From NCBI GenBank assembly GCA_963843575.1, contig CAWJKZ010000027.1:64588-128587 (forward strand): a DNA stretch of 64,000 nt, given 5' to 3'. A model generated the notes under the pieces. The model was not told the origin of the DNA, did no database searches, and was given only the letters and a program-made list of their open reading frames with translations. This stretch comes from an uncultured Acidobacteriota bacterium (GTDB taxonomy: Bacteria; Acidobacteriota; UBA6911). Below are positions 23,670-32,857 of the stretch, piece after piece; the stretch's first letter is position 1; the number at the start of each line of letters is the position of its first letter. The position numbers and the translations under genes were made by a program.

Positions 23670-26600
23670 CCCCCAGACTTCACGACGAACACGGCCACCG
23701 CGTCACAAAACCCTTCTTCACCTTCGGCACGTTGACCCTCCTCATTTTCATGGGCGCCGGGTTTGCCTTCGGCATCACGCGCCTGTTTCTCGGGCTGGGG
23801 ACCGTGACCAACCTGGACAACCACAACCCGTGGGGGATCTGGATTGCGTTCGACGTAGCGTGCGGCGTGGCCCTGGCCGCCGGCGGGTTCACCACCGCCG
23901 CCCTGGTCGATATCTTCGGCAAGAAGAGATACAAAGTCCTGCTGCGCCCGGCCATCCTCACGGCATTCCTCGGTTACCTTTGGGTGGCTATCGCGCTGAG
24001 CTTCGATCTCGGCCGGTACTGGAACATCTGGCGGCCCATCTTCAACTGGCAGGGGAACTCGGTGCTCTTCGAGGTGGGCATGTGCGTCACCGCCTACCTC
24101 ATGGTGTTGACCGTCGAGATGAGCCCGGCGTTTCTGGAAGGGCTGAAAGCCCGCATCGACCGGGACGAGTGGGGCGCGGCGCTGCTGCGCAGAGTGGAGA
24201 AACCGCTCCTCACGCTTCACGCCGCCGTCAAGATCGCCCTGCCGATGTTCATCGTCGCCGGTGTGGTGCTCTCGTTCATGCACCAGTCATCCCTGGGGAC
24301 GCTCATGCTGATCGCCCCCAGCAAGATGAGCGCCCTGTGGTTCACCCCCATCCTCCCGCTCCTGTTCCTGCTGTCGGCGATCATGGTCGGGTTCCCGATG
24401 GTCATCCTGGAGTCCATCTACGCCAACATAAGTTTTGGCCGCAACCCGGAAATGGATCTCCTGACCCCGATGGCCCGCATCATCCCCTGGTTCCTCGGGC
24501 TCTACGGCGTGGTGAAAATCGGCGACCTCGTCGTCCGGCATAATCAACTGAATTTCCTCGAGCACCCCGCATCCACCACCGCCCTCGCGATCGAGATCCT
24601 GCTGGGCGTCGTAGCCCCCTTCCTGCTGTTTCTCAGCAAGGCGGTCCGCCGGTCCATGGGCTGGATGTTCTTCACCGTTTGCCTGATCATCTTCGGCGTC
24701 GTGCTGAACCGGCTCAACGTTTTCCTGGTGGCCTACAATCCCCCGTACTCCACCAAGGCTTACTTCCCGTCGATCGGGGAGATCGCGATGACCATCGCGA
24801 TCGTTTCCAGCATATTGTTCTGCTACCGCTTCTGCGTGACCTTCTTCCCGATCCTGCCGGGCTACGTGCCGAGCGTCGAGGTCCAGATCGCACGCATGCG
24901 CGAGGAACGCGAAACGGCCGTGAGCCCGTTCTGGACCTGGGCGATCCGCGGTGCCGCCATAGCGTGCCTCCTGACCTTCATCGGCCTGTACAGCTTTGTG
25001 CACATCGAGGCCATCCAGTCCTCCGTAAAAACCGTCCAGGAGGTGCGGCGCGTTCAGACGCAGATGCGCGTCTCCGCCGCCGGCGCGCCGGGGCCTTCCT
25101 ATCCCCAGCGTCCCTCGGGCTACAAGAACTTCTACCTGCTGGACAGCCCCCTGCTGAAGGCCAGGGCGGACGACTACGAGCCGGTGCGCTTCTCGCACCG
25201 CATTCACGATGGCTTGACCGGGGGGGACTGCGGAATCTGCCATCACCGTTTTGCGGGCGACGAGAAGGATCGGCTGGGAAACGACGTCAAGGAGCTGCAC
25301 GCGTCCATAGACGTCAAGCTGGGCGGTCCCTGCTCTTCCTGCCACGACAACATGGAACAGAACCCGCCCCAGAGCTGCACCCGCTGCCACGGGATGCCCA
25401 ACGAGCCGGACAGCCCCTCACGCCTCGGGCTCAAGGGCGCCTACCACCGCCTCTGCATCGGCTGCCACGAACGCCAGGTCAAACCGACCTCCGCGCCGAC
25501 GGAGTGCGCCGCCTGCCACCACCCATGGACACCGGATCATTCCAAGCTGGTCACCCTCGGAGCGAAGCCCAGCCCCCAGGACGTGACGCGGGCGTGCCTG
25601 AGCTGCCACGCCAAGGCGGGGCAGGACCTGCTCAAGACAGCCCACTGGAACTGGAAGGGCTCCTCTCCCACGCTGGCGGGCTACGAGCGCCGCACCGACA
25701 TCAGCCTGAAGCTCATGGTGAACAACTACTGCGTCGCCATCGGATCCAACCAGCAGCAATGCATGTCCTGTCACATCGGCTACGGCGGCATGGATGACCG
25801 CTACGATTTTTCCAACCCGGCCAACATCGATTGCCTGATCTGCCACGACACGACCGGGAAGTACAGAAAGGATCCAAGCACGGGCGGACTGCCCGATCCG
25901 TCGGTCGACCTGGTCGCGCTGTCGGCCAGGGTGGGCCGCCCCTCACGGCAGGCCTGCGGTTCGTGCCACTTTTATAGCGGCGGAGCTCCCAATGCCAAAC
26001 ACGGGGACCTGGAGCCGGCCTTGACCGACTCGAACGAACCGATCGACATGCACATGGGTACCCTGAATATGCGGTGCCAGGATTGCCACACCACCAGCGA
26101 ACACAGGATCGCCGGGATGTCGCTGACTGCCCCCGCCGTCGAAGGGCGCATAAGCTGCGACAAGTGCCACGGCCTCACGCCTCACGGGGTTGCCGGCTCG
26201 CTGAGCCGCCACCTGGACGATCACATCGCGAATATCGCCTGCGAAACCTGCCACATCCCTAGCTTTGCCCATCGCTCCCCCACCCTGCTGCGGCGCGATT
26301 TTTCCACCGCAGGCCAGAACCGGCCCGAAACCCTCGACCGGTACGGGATGCCAACCTACGACAAGAAGTTCGGCGCGCTTACCTGGGGGAAGGACTTGGT
26401 GCCCGTCTATCTCTGGTACGACGGGACGCGCAACGCCTCCCTCGCCGGCGGCCGCATCGACCCTTCCTCCCCCGTCCTTCTGAACGCCCCGGTCGGGGAA
26501 AAACGCAGTCCCGTGGCGCGCATCTTCCCCTTCAAGGTGCACGCCGGGGTCCAGCCCTACGACACCGAAAACAACACCCTCGCCTTGCCCGATTTCGTCG

Positions 26601-26959
26601 GGAACTACTGGGTTAACTTCGATTGGGCGAAAGCCCTCGTCGCCGGCATGAAGCGCATGGGCCTACCCTATTCGGGCAAGTACGCATTCGTGGAAACCAA
26701 GATGTACTCCTCCATCCACCACCAGGTCGCACCGGCGAAAAAGGCGCTGGGCTGCACCGATTGTCACAGCGCGGCGGCCGTCACGTGCGCGCGTTGCCAC
26801 AAGGGAGCTGCGGGGACCGCGCTCCCGTCGCACCGGCTCGCCATGTACCCCGAAGTAAAGAACCGGATGGATTTCAAGGCGCTCGGCTACACCGATGATC
26901 CCGCCCTCACGGGCGGCCGCTTTCACATCACCATCGGCCGTGGCTCGCCCGCACAATAG
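23666..26959 (+). CDS. NrfD/HybB membrane quinol-oxidoreductase subunit fused to cytochrome c3-like and octaheme tetrathionate reductase-like domains (14 CxxCH)
   Basis: ATGA overlap with the ferredoxin gene; PWGIWIAFDV, GVALAAGGF, DLGRYWN, HQSSLG (HybB/NrfD); PVRFSH...LKGAYH (c3); HWNW...NNYC...SN...CxxCH.GYG, DCLICHD, DMHM, CETCHIP, IFPFKVH (OTR). Confidence 0.9.
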   Translation: MTPRLHDEHGHRVTKPFFTFGTLTLLIFMGAGFAFGITRLFLGLGTVTNLDNHNPWGIWIAFDVACGVALAAGGFTTAALVDIFGKKRYKVLLRPAILTAFLGYLWVAIALSFDLGRYWNIWRPIFNWQGNSVLFEVGMCVTAYLMVLTVEMSPAFLEGLKARIDRDEWGAALLRRVEKPLLTLHAAVKIALPMFIVAGVVLSFMHQSSLGTLMLIAPSKMSALWFTPILPLLFLLSAIMVGFPMVILESIYANISFGRNPEMDLLTPMARIIPWFLGLYGVVKIGDLVVRHNQLNFLEHPASTTALAIEILLGVVAPFLLFLSKAVRRSMGWMFFTVCLIIFGVVLNRLNVFLVAYNPPYSTKAYFPSIGEIAMTIAIVSSILFCYRFCVTFFPILPGYVPSVEVQIARMREERETAVSPFWTWAIRGAAIACLLTFIGLYSFVHIEAIQSSVKTVQEVRRVQTQMRVSAAGAPGPSYPQRPSGYKNFYLLDSPLLKARADDYEPVRFSHRIHDGLTGGDCGICHHRFAGDEKDRLGNDVKELHASIDVKLGGPCSSCHDNMEQNPPQSCTRCHGMPNEPDSPSRLGLKGAYHRLCIGCHERQVKPTSAPTECAACHHPWTPDHSKLVTLGAKPSPQDVTRACLSCHAKAGQDLLKTAHWNWKGSSPTLAGYERRTDISLKLMVNNYCVAIGSNQQQCMSCHIGYGGMDDRYDFSNPANIDCLICHDTTGKYRKDPSTGGLPDPSVDLVALSARVGRPSRQACGSCHFYSGGAPNAKHGDLEPALTDSNEPIDMHMGTLNMRCQDCHTTSEHRIAGMSLTAPAVEGRISCDKCHGLTPHGVAGSLSRHLDDHIANIACETCHIPSFAHRSPTLLRRDFSTAGQNRPETLDRYGMPTYDKKFGALTWGKDLVPVYLWYDGTRNASLAGGRIDPSSPVLLNAPVGEKRSPVARIFPFKVHAGVQPYDTENNTLALPDFVGNYWVNFDWAKALVAGMKRMGLPYSGKYAFVETKMYSSIHHQVAPAKKALGCTDCHSAAAVTCARCHKGAAGTALPSHRLAMYPEVKNRMDFKALGYTDDPALTGGRFHITIGRGSPAQ

Positions 26960-27008
26960 CCGGAGGGATTACCCGGGGGGTTCGCACAGGCCCGACCGCC
27001 CCGAAGGC

Positions 27009-27113
27009 GTTATTTATAGAAAATGGGCCCAAAAATTCAAAATAGGGCCTGTTTTTTTGGGCCTAGTTAACGTCAACTCTCTGCAAATATAGTACTTCAT
27101 CTGGTCCGTCCCC
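27009..27113 (-). repeat. Half copy of family A AT-rich element, overlapping the GH78 stop
   Basis: GGTCCGTCCCC at 27103-27113; reverse complement GGCCCTATTTTGAATTTTTGGGCCCATTTT matches the 60305 and 63509 copies. Confidence 0.75.
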
Positions 27114-29775
27114 GGAACTCATATAGGCCGGAGGGGGCCTCCAGCACGGCCTTGGCCCCGGCGACGCGCAGAAACCTGGTGCCTCTAATGCGGGCGTCGG
27201 GGTCGGGAACGTGCACCGTCGCGGTGGTGTTTGGGGGGACCCGGAACCGCCAGAAGAAGTTCCCCCCGTCTCTTTTCCAGGAGCTGCCGATTTCGCCGTA
27301 GGGCGAGTGAAACGTCGCCTCGACCCATTGCACGTCGCCGGCGAGGGCGGGGGCGAGGATGAAGCGCTTGTATCCCGGGGCCGAGTCGTCCGGCCGGATA
27401 CCGGCGAGACCTTCGGTAAACCACTGTCCGGCGCCCATCAACGTGGAGTGCAGCCTCGAGTTTGCGCCGTTCCACTCCTCCCAGACGGTCGTGGCACCCT
27501 GCTCGATCATGTGCCCCCAACCGGGGAACGTGGTCTGGGTCATCATGCCCGCCAGCAGATCGTCGCGCCCGATCCCGTTCAGATAACGCCACAGCAGCCA
27601 GGTGCCGTGCATGCCCGCATTGACGTGCCCGCGGTCGGTAACGCTGATGCGCCGCTCGAGCCGTTCCGTCACATCGGCGCGCAATTCCGGGGGGACCACT
27701 TCGAGCAGGAGGGGAAAGGCGAGGTAGGGCTGCTCGCCGTTGACATAAGTCTTCGTCGCCGGATCGAGATACTTCCGGTTCACTTCGGCAGCGACCTGCG
27801 CCGCCCGCTCCCGGTACCGGCGCGCGTCTTCTTTCAACGCGAGCGCGTCGGCGCAGTCGGCGGCGATCTTCAGGTTCAGGATCCAGTAGCAGTTGTTGAA
27901 AAAATGAGTGGATCGTTCGTCGACTCGATCCCCGGGATCTTGTCCGCGGCCGGGCGGGACCCAGTCTCCCAGAAAGCTCCAGACCGGGGTCCCCGGGGTG
28001 CTGAACGAGGTGAAGGGCCGCAGCAGGTCGCCGGCGGATTTCGAATCGAGGAATCCCAGCCATTTCTTTATCGACGGATACGACACCTCCAGGATCCGCC
28101 TGTCGCCGAAACGACGGTAGACCTCCCAGGGGAGGACGACGCAGATCCCTCCCCACGCCGGCCCTCCCCCGCCGTTCATCTGGGGTGCCGTGTGCGGCAT
28201 CTCCCCGGTGCTCTGCTGGGTGTCGCGCCAGTCCTCGAGCCACTTGGTGTAGAGTGCCGCGGTGCGAAACTGGCTCATGCCGGTTTCCATTGTGGCGTGC
28301 GCGTCGCCGCCGTAGCCGAGGCGCTCGCGGTGAGGGCAGTCGACCAGGTAGCCGCCCAGCGAAAGCGATTCGTAAGTCCACGCCGTCATCTGGTAGATCT
28401 TGTTCAGCAGGTTGTTTGAGCACGAAAAAGTCGCCGCCCTGTCGTAGCCGGTTCGGACCAAGTACCCCGAGATGTCCTCATCCGGGGGGACCCGGTCGAG
28501 GTTCCTGACAGTCACCCAGCGAAACGCGTGGTAATTGAATCGGCTCCGGAAAGGGGAGTCGTCCCTGCCCGAGCAGACGTAGACGTCGCGCTGCCCATAT
28601 GAACACGCCTCGTCCTCTCGCTCGGAATACTCGAGCGAGATCTCACGCCCCTCGGGGCCCCGCAGCGGCATCTCGAACCAGCCTGTGAGAGACCTGCCCA
28701 TGTCGATCCGCAAGGAGCCGTCCGGCTTCCGCTGCACGGAGGCGGGAACCAGTCTCTCGACCAACCGGTCCGGTTCGATGGTTTCGGCGGACAGCGTTTG
28801 TTGCCGGGGGCCGAAGACGCGCACCCGGTTCCAGTCCGCGTCGCTGAACGCGGCGGTGCTCCACCCCGGCTTCTCGATCCGGGCGTCGTAGCGCTCGCCC
28901 CCGAACTGCCGTGCTTTCCAGCCGCCCATCCCGGTGATGGGGCTCGCGTGCGTTTTCCACGAGCCGTCGCTCGGGACGGTTGCGCTCGAGCCATCCCCGA
29001 GGGTCGCTTCGATCTGCAGCAGGAACATCGCGCCGTCCGCGAGCTTGTACTCCGGGTGCGACGCCCACCCGTTGCCGAGCCACACGGCGACACAGTTCGC
29101 CCCCGGTTCCAGCAATTCCGTAACCTCGTAGGTCAGGTAGCGCACCCTGCGGCCCAGATGCGAGACCGACGGCGCCAGTACCGCGTCACCCACCTTTCTG
29201 CCGTTGACGTGCACCTCGTGATAGCCGATCGACGCGACATAGACGAAGGCGCTCCGGGGACGCGACGTGAGCGAGAACACCTTCCGGAACCACGGGGACG
29301 GCCTGTCTGGCCCGCCACCTGCCGGGGTTCCGACCCACTGTGCCCGCCAGTCTTCAGCTCGCAGCAGTCCCATGGTCCAGCGCGCGGAACGGCTCCAGGC
29401 CGACATCGCCCCGTCCTGGTCCCATACCCGCACCTTCCAGTAGCATTGCTGCTTCGACGGGAGCCTCTTGCCCGCATACGCCACGTTTACCGACTGGTCC
29501 GAGGCGATGCGGCCACTGTCCCACAGGTCGCCCTCGCTCGCTTCGAGCTTCTCGCGGCTGCTCGAAACCAGGATGCGATAGCCGGTCTGGCCAAGCCCGT
29601 GCGCATCGGCGCTCCCGATGAGTTCCCAACCGAGGCGTGGGCTGGCGATGTCGATCCCAAGCGGCCCATCCAGGTACTCGCAGCGGAGCCGAATAGGTTC
29701 CAGTTCTGCGCCGGCCGCAGGCCAGCAGAAAAGCAGTGCCTGCACGATGCTCGCCACGACAAGAATCGCTCTCAT
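27097..29775 (-). CDS. GH78 alpha-L-rhamnosidase with signal peptide
   Basis: LRCEYL..PLGID, GDLWDSG, DCPHRERLGYGGD, GDW, GATTVWE.W, SPYGEI.S.W. Confidence 0.92.
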   Translation of the reverse strand: MRAILVVASIVQALLFCWPAAGAELEPIRLRCEYLDGPLGIDIASPRLGWELIGSADAHGLGQTGYRILVSSSREKLEASEGDLWDSGRIASDQSVNVAYAGKRLPSKQQCYWKVRVWDQDGAMSAWSRSARWTMGLLRAEDWRAQWVGTPAGGGPDRPSPWFRKVFSLTSRPRSAFVYVASIGYHEVHVNGRKVGDAVLAPSVSHLGRRVRYLTYEVTELLEPGANCVAVWLGNGWASHPEYKLADGAMFLLQIEATLGDGSSATVPSDGSWKTHASPITGMGGWKARQFGGERYDARIEKPGWSTAAFSDADWNRVRVFGPRQQTLSAETIEPDRLVERLVPASVQRKPDGSLRIDMGRSLTGWFEMPLRGPEGREISLEYSEREDEACSYGQRDVYVCSGRDDSPFRSRFNYHAFRWVTVRNLDRVPPDEDISGYLVRTGYDRAATFSCSNNLLNKIYQMTAWTYESLSLGGYLVDCPHRERLGYGGDAHATMETGMSQFRTAALYTKWLEDWRDTQQSTGEMPHTAPQMNGGGGPAWGGICVVLPWEVYRRFGDRRILEVSYPSIKKWLGFLDSKSAGDLLRPFTSFSTPGTPVWSFLGDWVPPGRGQDPGDRVDERSTHFFNNCYWILNLKIAADCADALALKEDARRYRERAAQVAAEVNRKYLDPATKTYVNGEQPYLAFPLLLEVVPPELRADVTERLERRISVTDRGHVNAGMHGTWLLWRYLNGIGRDDLLAGMMTQTTFPGWGHMIEQGATTVWEEWNGANSRLHSTLMGAGQWFTEGLAGIRPDDSAPGYKRFILAPALAGDVQWVEATFHSPYGEIGSSWKRDGGNFFWRFRVPPNTTATVHVPDPDARIRGTRFLRVAGAKAVLEAPSGLYEFRGRTR

Positions 29776-29843
29776 GGAATCCTCTTTCCTGAGCGGCCGC
29801 ACCGGCGCCGGAGCGGTCTGAATTGTGTGAAGTGCGCGTGTTC

Positions 29844-30149
29844 TCACTCTCCGGCAGGGAGACCGAGCAGCGCTAGCTTCCGCCTGAAGCCCGACTCCTC
29901 GTTGACCGTGTGAAGAAACGTGCCGTCCGCGCGACGGTACGAAATCAGGCCGCCCCGGTCGAACGCAGCCACAAAGACCGTATCGCGGGCCCCCGGGGCG
30001 TTGAACACGGCAACCGGAACCTGGCCCCCGACGATCTCCTCGGGCGGCATGTGCGGCGGGCAGTTCGACAGGACATACCGGCCCGGGCAGTTGCGAATCG
30101 GCCGGCAGAGCCAGCGCGCCATCACCCCTTCCACGCTGATCCCTGTCAT
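29844..30149 (-). CDS. Small hypothetical protein
   Basis: Coding-like ORF directly upstream of GH78 (RPIRNCPGRY...GGLISYRRADG...SGFRRKL). Confidence 0.6.
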   Translation of the reverse strand: MTGISVEGVMARWLCRPIRNCPGRYVLSNCPPHMPPEEIVGGQVPVAVFNAPGARDTVFVAAFDRGGLISYRRADGTFLHTVNEESGFRRKLALLGLPAGE

Positions 30150-30382
30150 GTCGCGCTCCCACGCCGCGGACCACCGGGCTGCCGCACTCTAACCTACATC
30201 ACCCGAGCGGGTCCTGATCGAAAAATCACCGACCGTTCTCCGTACGCCAACCCGGGTACCTGGTCGGCGCTCCCTCGGCGTCCGTCGGCGTACGGGATGA
30301 GGGCGTCTTTGACCATGGACCGGACCGAACCAGGCCTGCTATCCTCGCCGCTGGTAGTCTCGAATGGGTGAATGAGGAGTCC

Positions 30383-31996
30383 ATGACCGCTGCCCGCTGC
30401 TCCAGGATGTTGGTCGCGCTGTGCGCCGCAGTTTGCTGCTGGCTGCCGCCGGCCGCGGCGGCAACCTTCTCGGTATCGTTCGATCCGGCGCTCGGCCCGG
30501 AGCCGAGGTCAGGAAGAATCATCCTGATGGTCTCGAGAACCAGCCGGTTCCAGCCGAACGAGACCGGCACCCCTTTCTTTGGCGTCACCGTCGATGACCT
30601 GAAACCCGGTTCCGCCGCGCTGCTGGACGAGAGCGCGCCGGGATACCCGGTCAGGAGTCTGCGCGAGCTGCCTCAGGACGAATACTACGTCCAGGCGTAT
30701 CTGAACGTGTACACCACGTTTCGCCGATCCGACGGCCACACGGTCAAGCTGCACAACGACCAGGGCGAAGGGCAGAACTGGCGCCGTTCACCCGGAAACC
30801 TCTACAGCGAGCCCCGGAGAGTCTCCTTCGACCCACGCGCGGGCGAAACCATACCCGTGGTGATGACGAGGGAAATACCGCCTGTCGAACTGCCCAAAGA
30901 TAACGAGTGGGTAAAGACCATCCGCATCCGGAGCGAGTTGCTTACCCGGTTCTGGGGCGTGCCCATGTACCTGGGGGCGCGCGTACTTCTCCCCAGGGGT
31001 TTTGACGAACACCCGGAGGCCAGATACCCCGTCATCTACACAATGGGGCACTTCTCCATGGGCAATCCCGGCGGCTTCCAGACGAGCGAAAACAACCCAC
31101 TGTACCAGGCCTGGACGTCGCCGGACATGCCCAGGATGCTCGTCGTGTCCATCCAGCACGCCTGCCCCTATTACGACGACTCCTACGGCGTCAACTCGGA
31201 GAATGTCGGACCGTACGGCGACGCGATCACCCGTGAACTCATCCCGTACCTCGAAACGAAATACCGGGCTCTCGGCAAACCTTATGCACGCGTGCTGACC
31301 GGTGGGTCGACGGGGGGCTGGATTGCCCTCGCGCAGCAGGTTTTTTATCCGGAACTGTTCGGCGGGGCGTGGTCCTTCTGCCCCGATCCGGTCGATTTCC
31401 GCAAGTACCAGATCGTCGACCTGTACGCGGACGCCAACGCCTACTTCCGCGAGGGCGAGTGGGTGAGGGTCCCGCGCCCCGCGCAACGCGACACGGACGG
31501 CAACGTCAGGTTCACGATGGAGCAGGAGAATCTGAAAGAGGAGGTCCTGGGAACCCGGTACCGGTCGGGAGGCCAGTGGGCCATCTGGAATGCCGTGTTC
31601 GCACCGGTCGCAGACGACGGGTATCCCAAACCGCTGTGGGACCCTCTCACCGGCAGGATCGACCACGGAGTCGCGGAATGGGCCCGGGAACGCTACGACA
31701 TCCGGTACTACCTGGAGAAGAACTGGCAGACGCTCGGGCCGAAGCTGGTCGGGAAACTCAACGTGTTCGTCGGCCGGATGGACAACTTTTACCTCAACGA
31801 GGCGGTGTACTACCTCGAGGAGTTCCTGGGCAGGACCGAAAAGCCCCGCTACCCGGGGCGCTTCGAATACGGCGAGCGCGGCCGCCACGGCTGGACCCCG
31901 TACAGGAACAACATCGAGTTGTATCGCGAAATGGCGGACCGGATCTCCAGGAACGCGCCCTCCGGCGACGACAGCGCATCATGGCACTACCGGTGA
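30383..31996 (+). CDS. Secreted esterase, alpha/beta hydrolase (Fes/putative esterase-like)
   Basis: Signal peptide, RYPVIY, TGGSTGGW nucleophile elbow, PDPVDF. Confidence 0.8.
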   Translation: MTAARCSRMLVALCAAVCCWLPPAAAATFSVSFDPALGPEPRSGRIILMVSRTSRFQPNETGTPFFGVTVDDLKPGSAALLDESAPGYPVRSLRELPQDEYYVQAYLNVYTTFRRSDGHTVKLHNDQGEGQNWRRSPGNLYSEPRRVSFDPRAGETIPVVMTREIPPVELPKDNEWVKTIRIRSELLTRFWGVPMYLGARVLLPRGFDEHPEARYPVIYTMGHFSMGNPGGFQTSENNPLYQAWTSPDMPRMLVVSIQHACPYYDDSYGVNSENVGPYGDAITRELIPYLETKYRALGKPYARVLTGGSTGGWIALAQQVFYPELFGGAWSFCPDPVDFRKYQIVDLYADANAYFREGEWVRVPRPAQRDTDGNVRFTMEQENLKEEVLGTRYRSGGQWAIWNAVFAPVADDGYPKPLWDPLTGRIDHGVAEWARERYDIRYYLEKNWQTLGPKLVGKLNVFVGRMDNFYLNEAVYYLEEFLGRTEKPRYPGRFEYGERGRHGWTPYRNNIELYREMADRISRNAPSGDDSASWHYR

Positions 31997-32020
31997 CGCC
32001 CTTCCTTCCGAACCGACGGG

Positions 32021-32449
32021 TCAGGACGCCAGCCCGCCGCCGTCCGACACGATGAAGGAGTCCCGCAACTCGGCGGGAATACGGCACGGTTTGCCCGTGC
32101 GGTTGTCGCAGAAAACCCAGAGGGTCTCTGCCCTCACCAGCACCCTCCGGTCCTCCGTCCTGAGGCAGACCGACTTTCTCGGCGATCGTGTCTCCCTGAA
32201 CCCCGCCACCCAGGTGCAGACGGTGACGGAGTCGCCGGCGAATGCCGGGCGCAGATACTCGATCGCGTGGGAACGGACGACCCAGGTGGAGCCGATCTCA
32301 CGGTACCGTTCCTGCGGCCACCCTTGAGCGGTGGAGTGCGCCACCGCCGCGTCGAGAATCCAGCGCAGGTACTCGAGATTCCCTACGTGGCCGTTCCAAT
32401 CGACGGACTCCTGGGGCACGACAAAGCTGCGCTCGAAAATCGCGGGCAT
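32021..32449 (-). CDS. Acyl-CoA thioesterase (hotdog fold)
   Basis: DWNGHVGNLEYLRW, WVVRSHAIEYLRPA. Confidence 0.88.
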   Translation of the reverse strand: MPAIFERSFVVPQESVDWNGHVGNLEYLRWILDAAVAHSTAQGWPQERYREIGSTWVVRSHAIEYLRPAFAGDSVTVCTWVAGFRETRSPRKSVCLRTEDRRVLVRAETLWVFCDNRTGKPCRIPAELRDSFIVSDGGGLAS

Positions 32450-32609
32450 GGCGTCTCCGGAAAGGCTGACTAGTCGTCGCGCACCGACCGCCGATGAGGC
32501 GGCGAAGTCGGATTATAAGGCGTGCGGCCGTGTCGAAAGGACGAAAGTTGCGCCCGAAATGGATTTGACCGGCCTGCCGCAGCCGGGATAGGTTTCAAGC
32601 GGTTGAGAT

Positions 32610-32840
32610 GGCCCGAGGAGTTCGGAGCGGGACTGGCCTGGATCGCGGGCCGCCGCGCCTTCCCCAATCGGCGGCCGCTATGGACCTTCGTATCGGGCGC
32701 CCTCGTGTGGTCGGTCGCCCTGCTCGTACCCCTGGCCGGAGGCGTCGCCTTCCTGGCGGCGCTCGTGTTGTCCATGGGCCTCGGGATAAGCGCCGACATG
32801 GGTGCCGGTCCCGACTGGTTTCACCGCACGGTGATGCGGC
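32610..32840 (+). pseudogene. Fragment of the C-terminus of a multi-TM membrane protein
   Basis: Hydrophobic stretch GLAWIAGRR...LVWSVALLVPLAGGVAFLAALVLSMGLG...GAGPDWF with no credible start. Confidence 0.35.
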
Positions 32841-32857
32841 GAGGGGAGTTGCACCAC

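Noticed and set aside
22730-26959. Hydrogenase-2 (hyb) operon
   Set aside because: No NiFe large or small subunit or maturation genes in the window.
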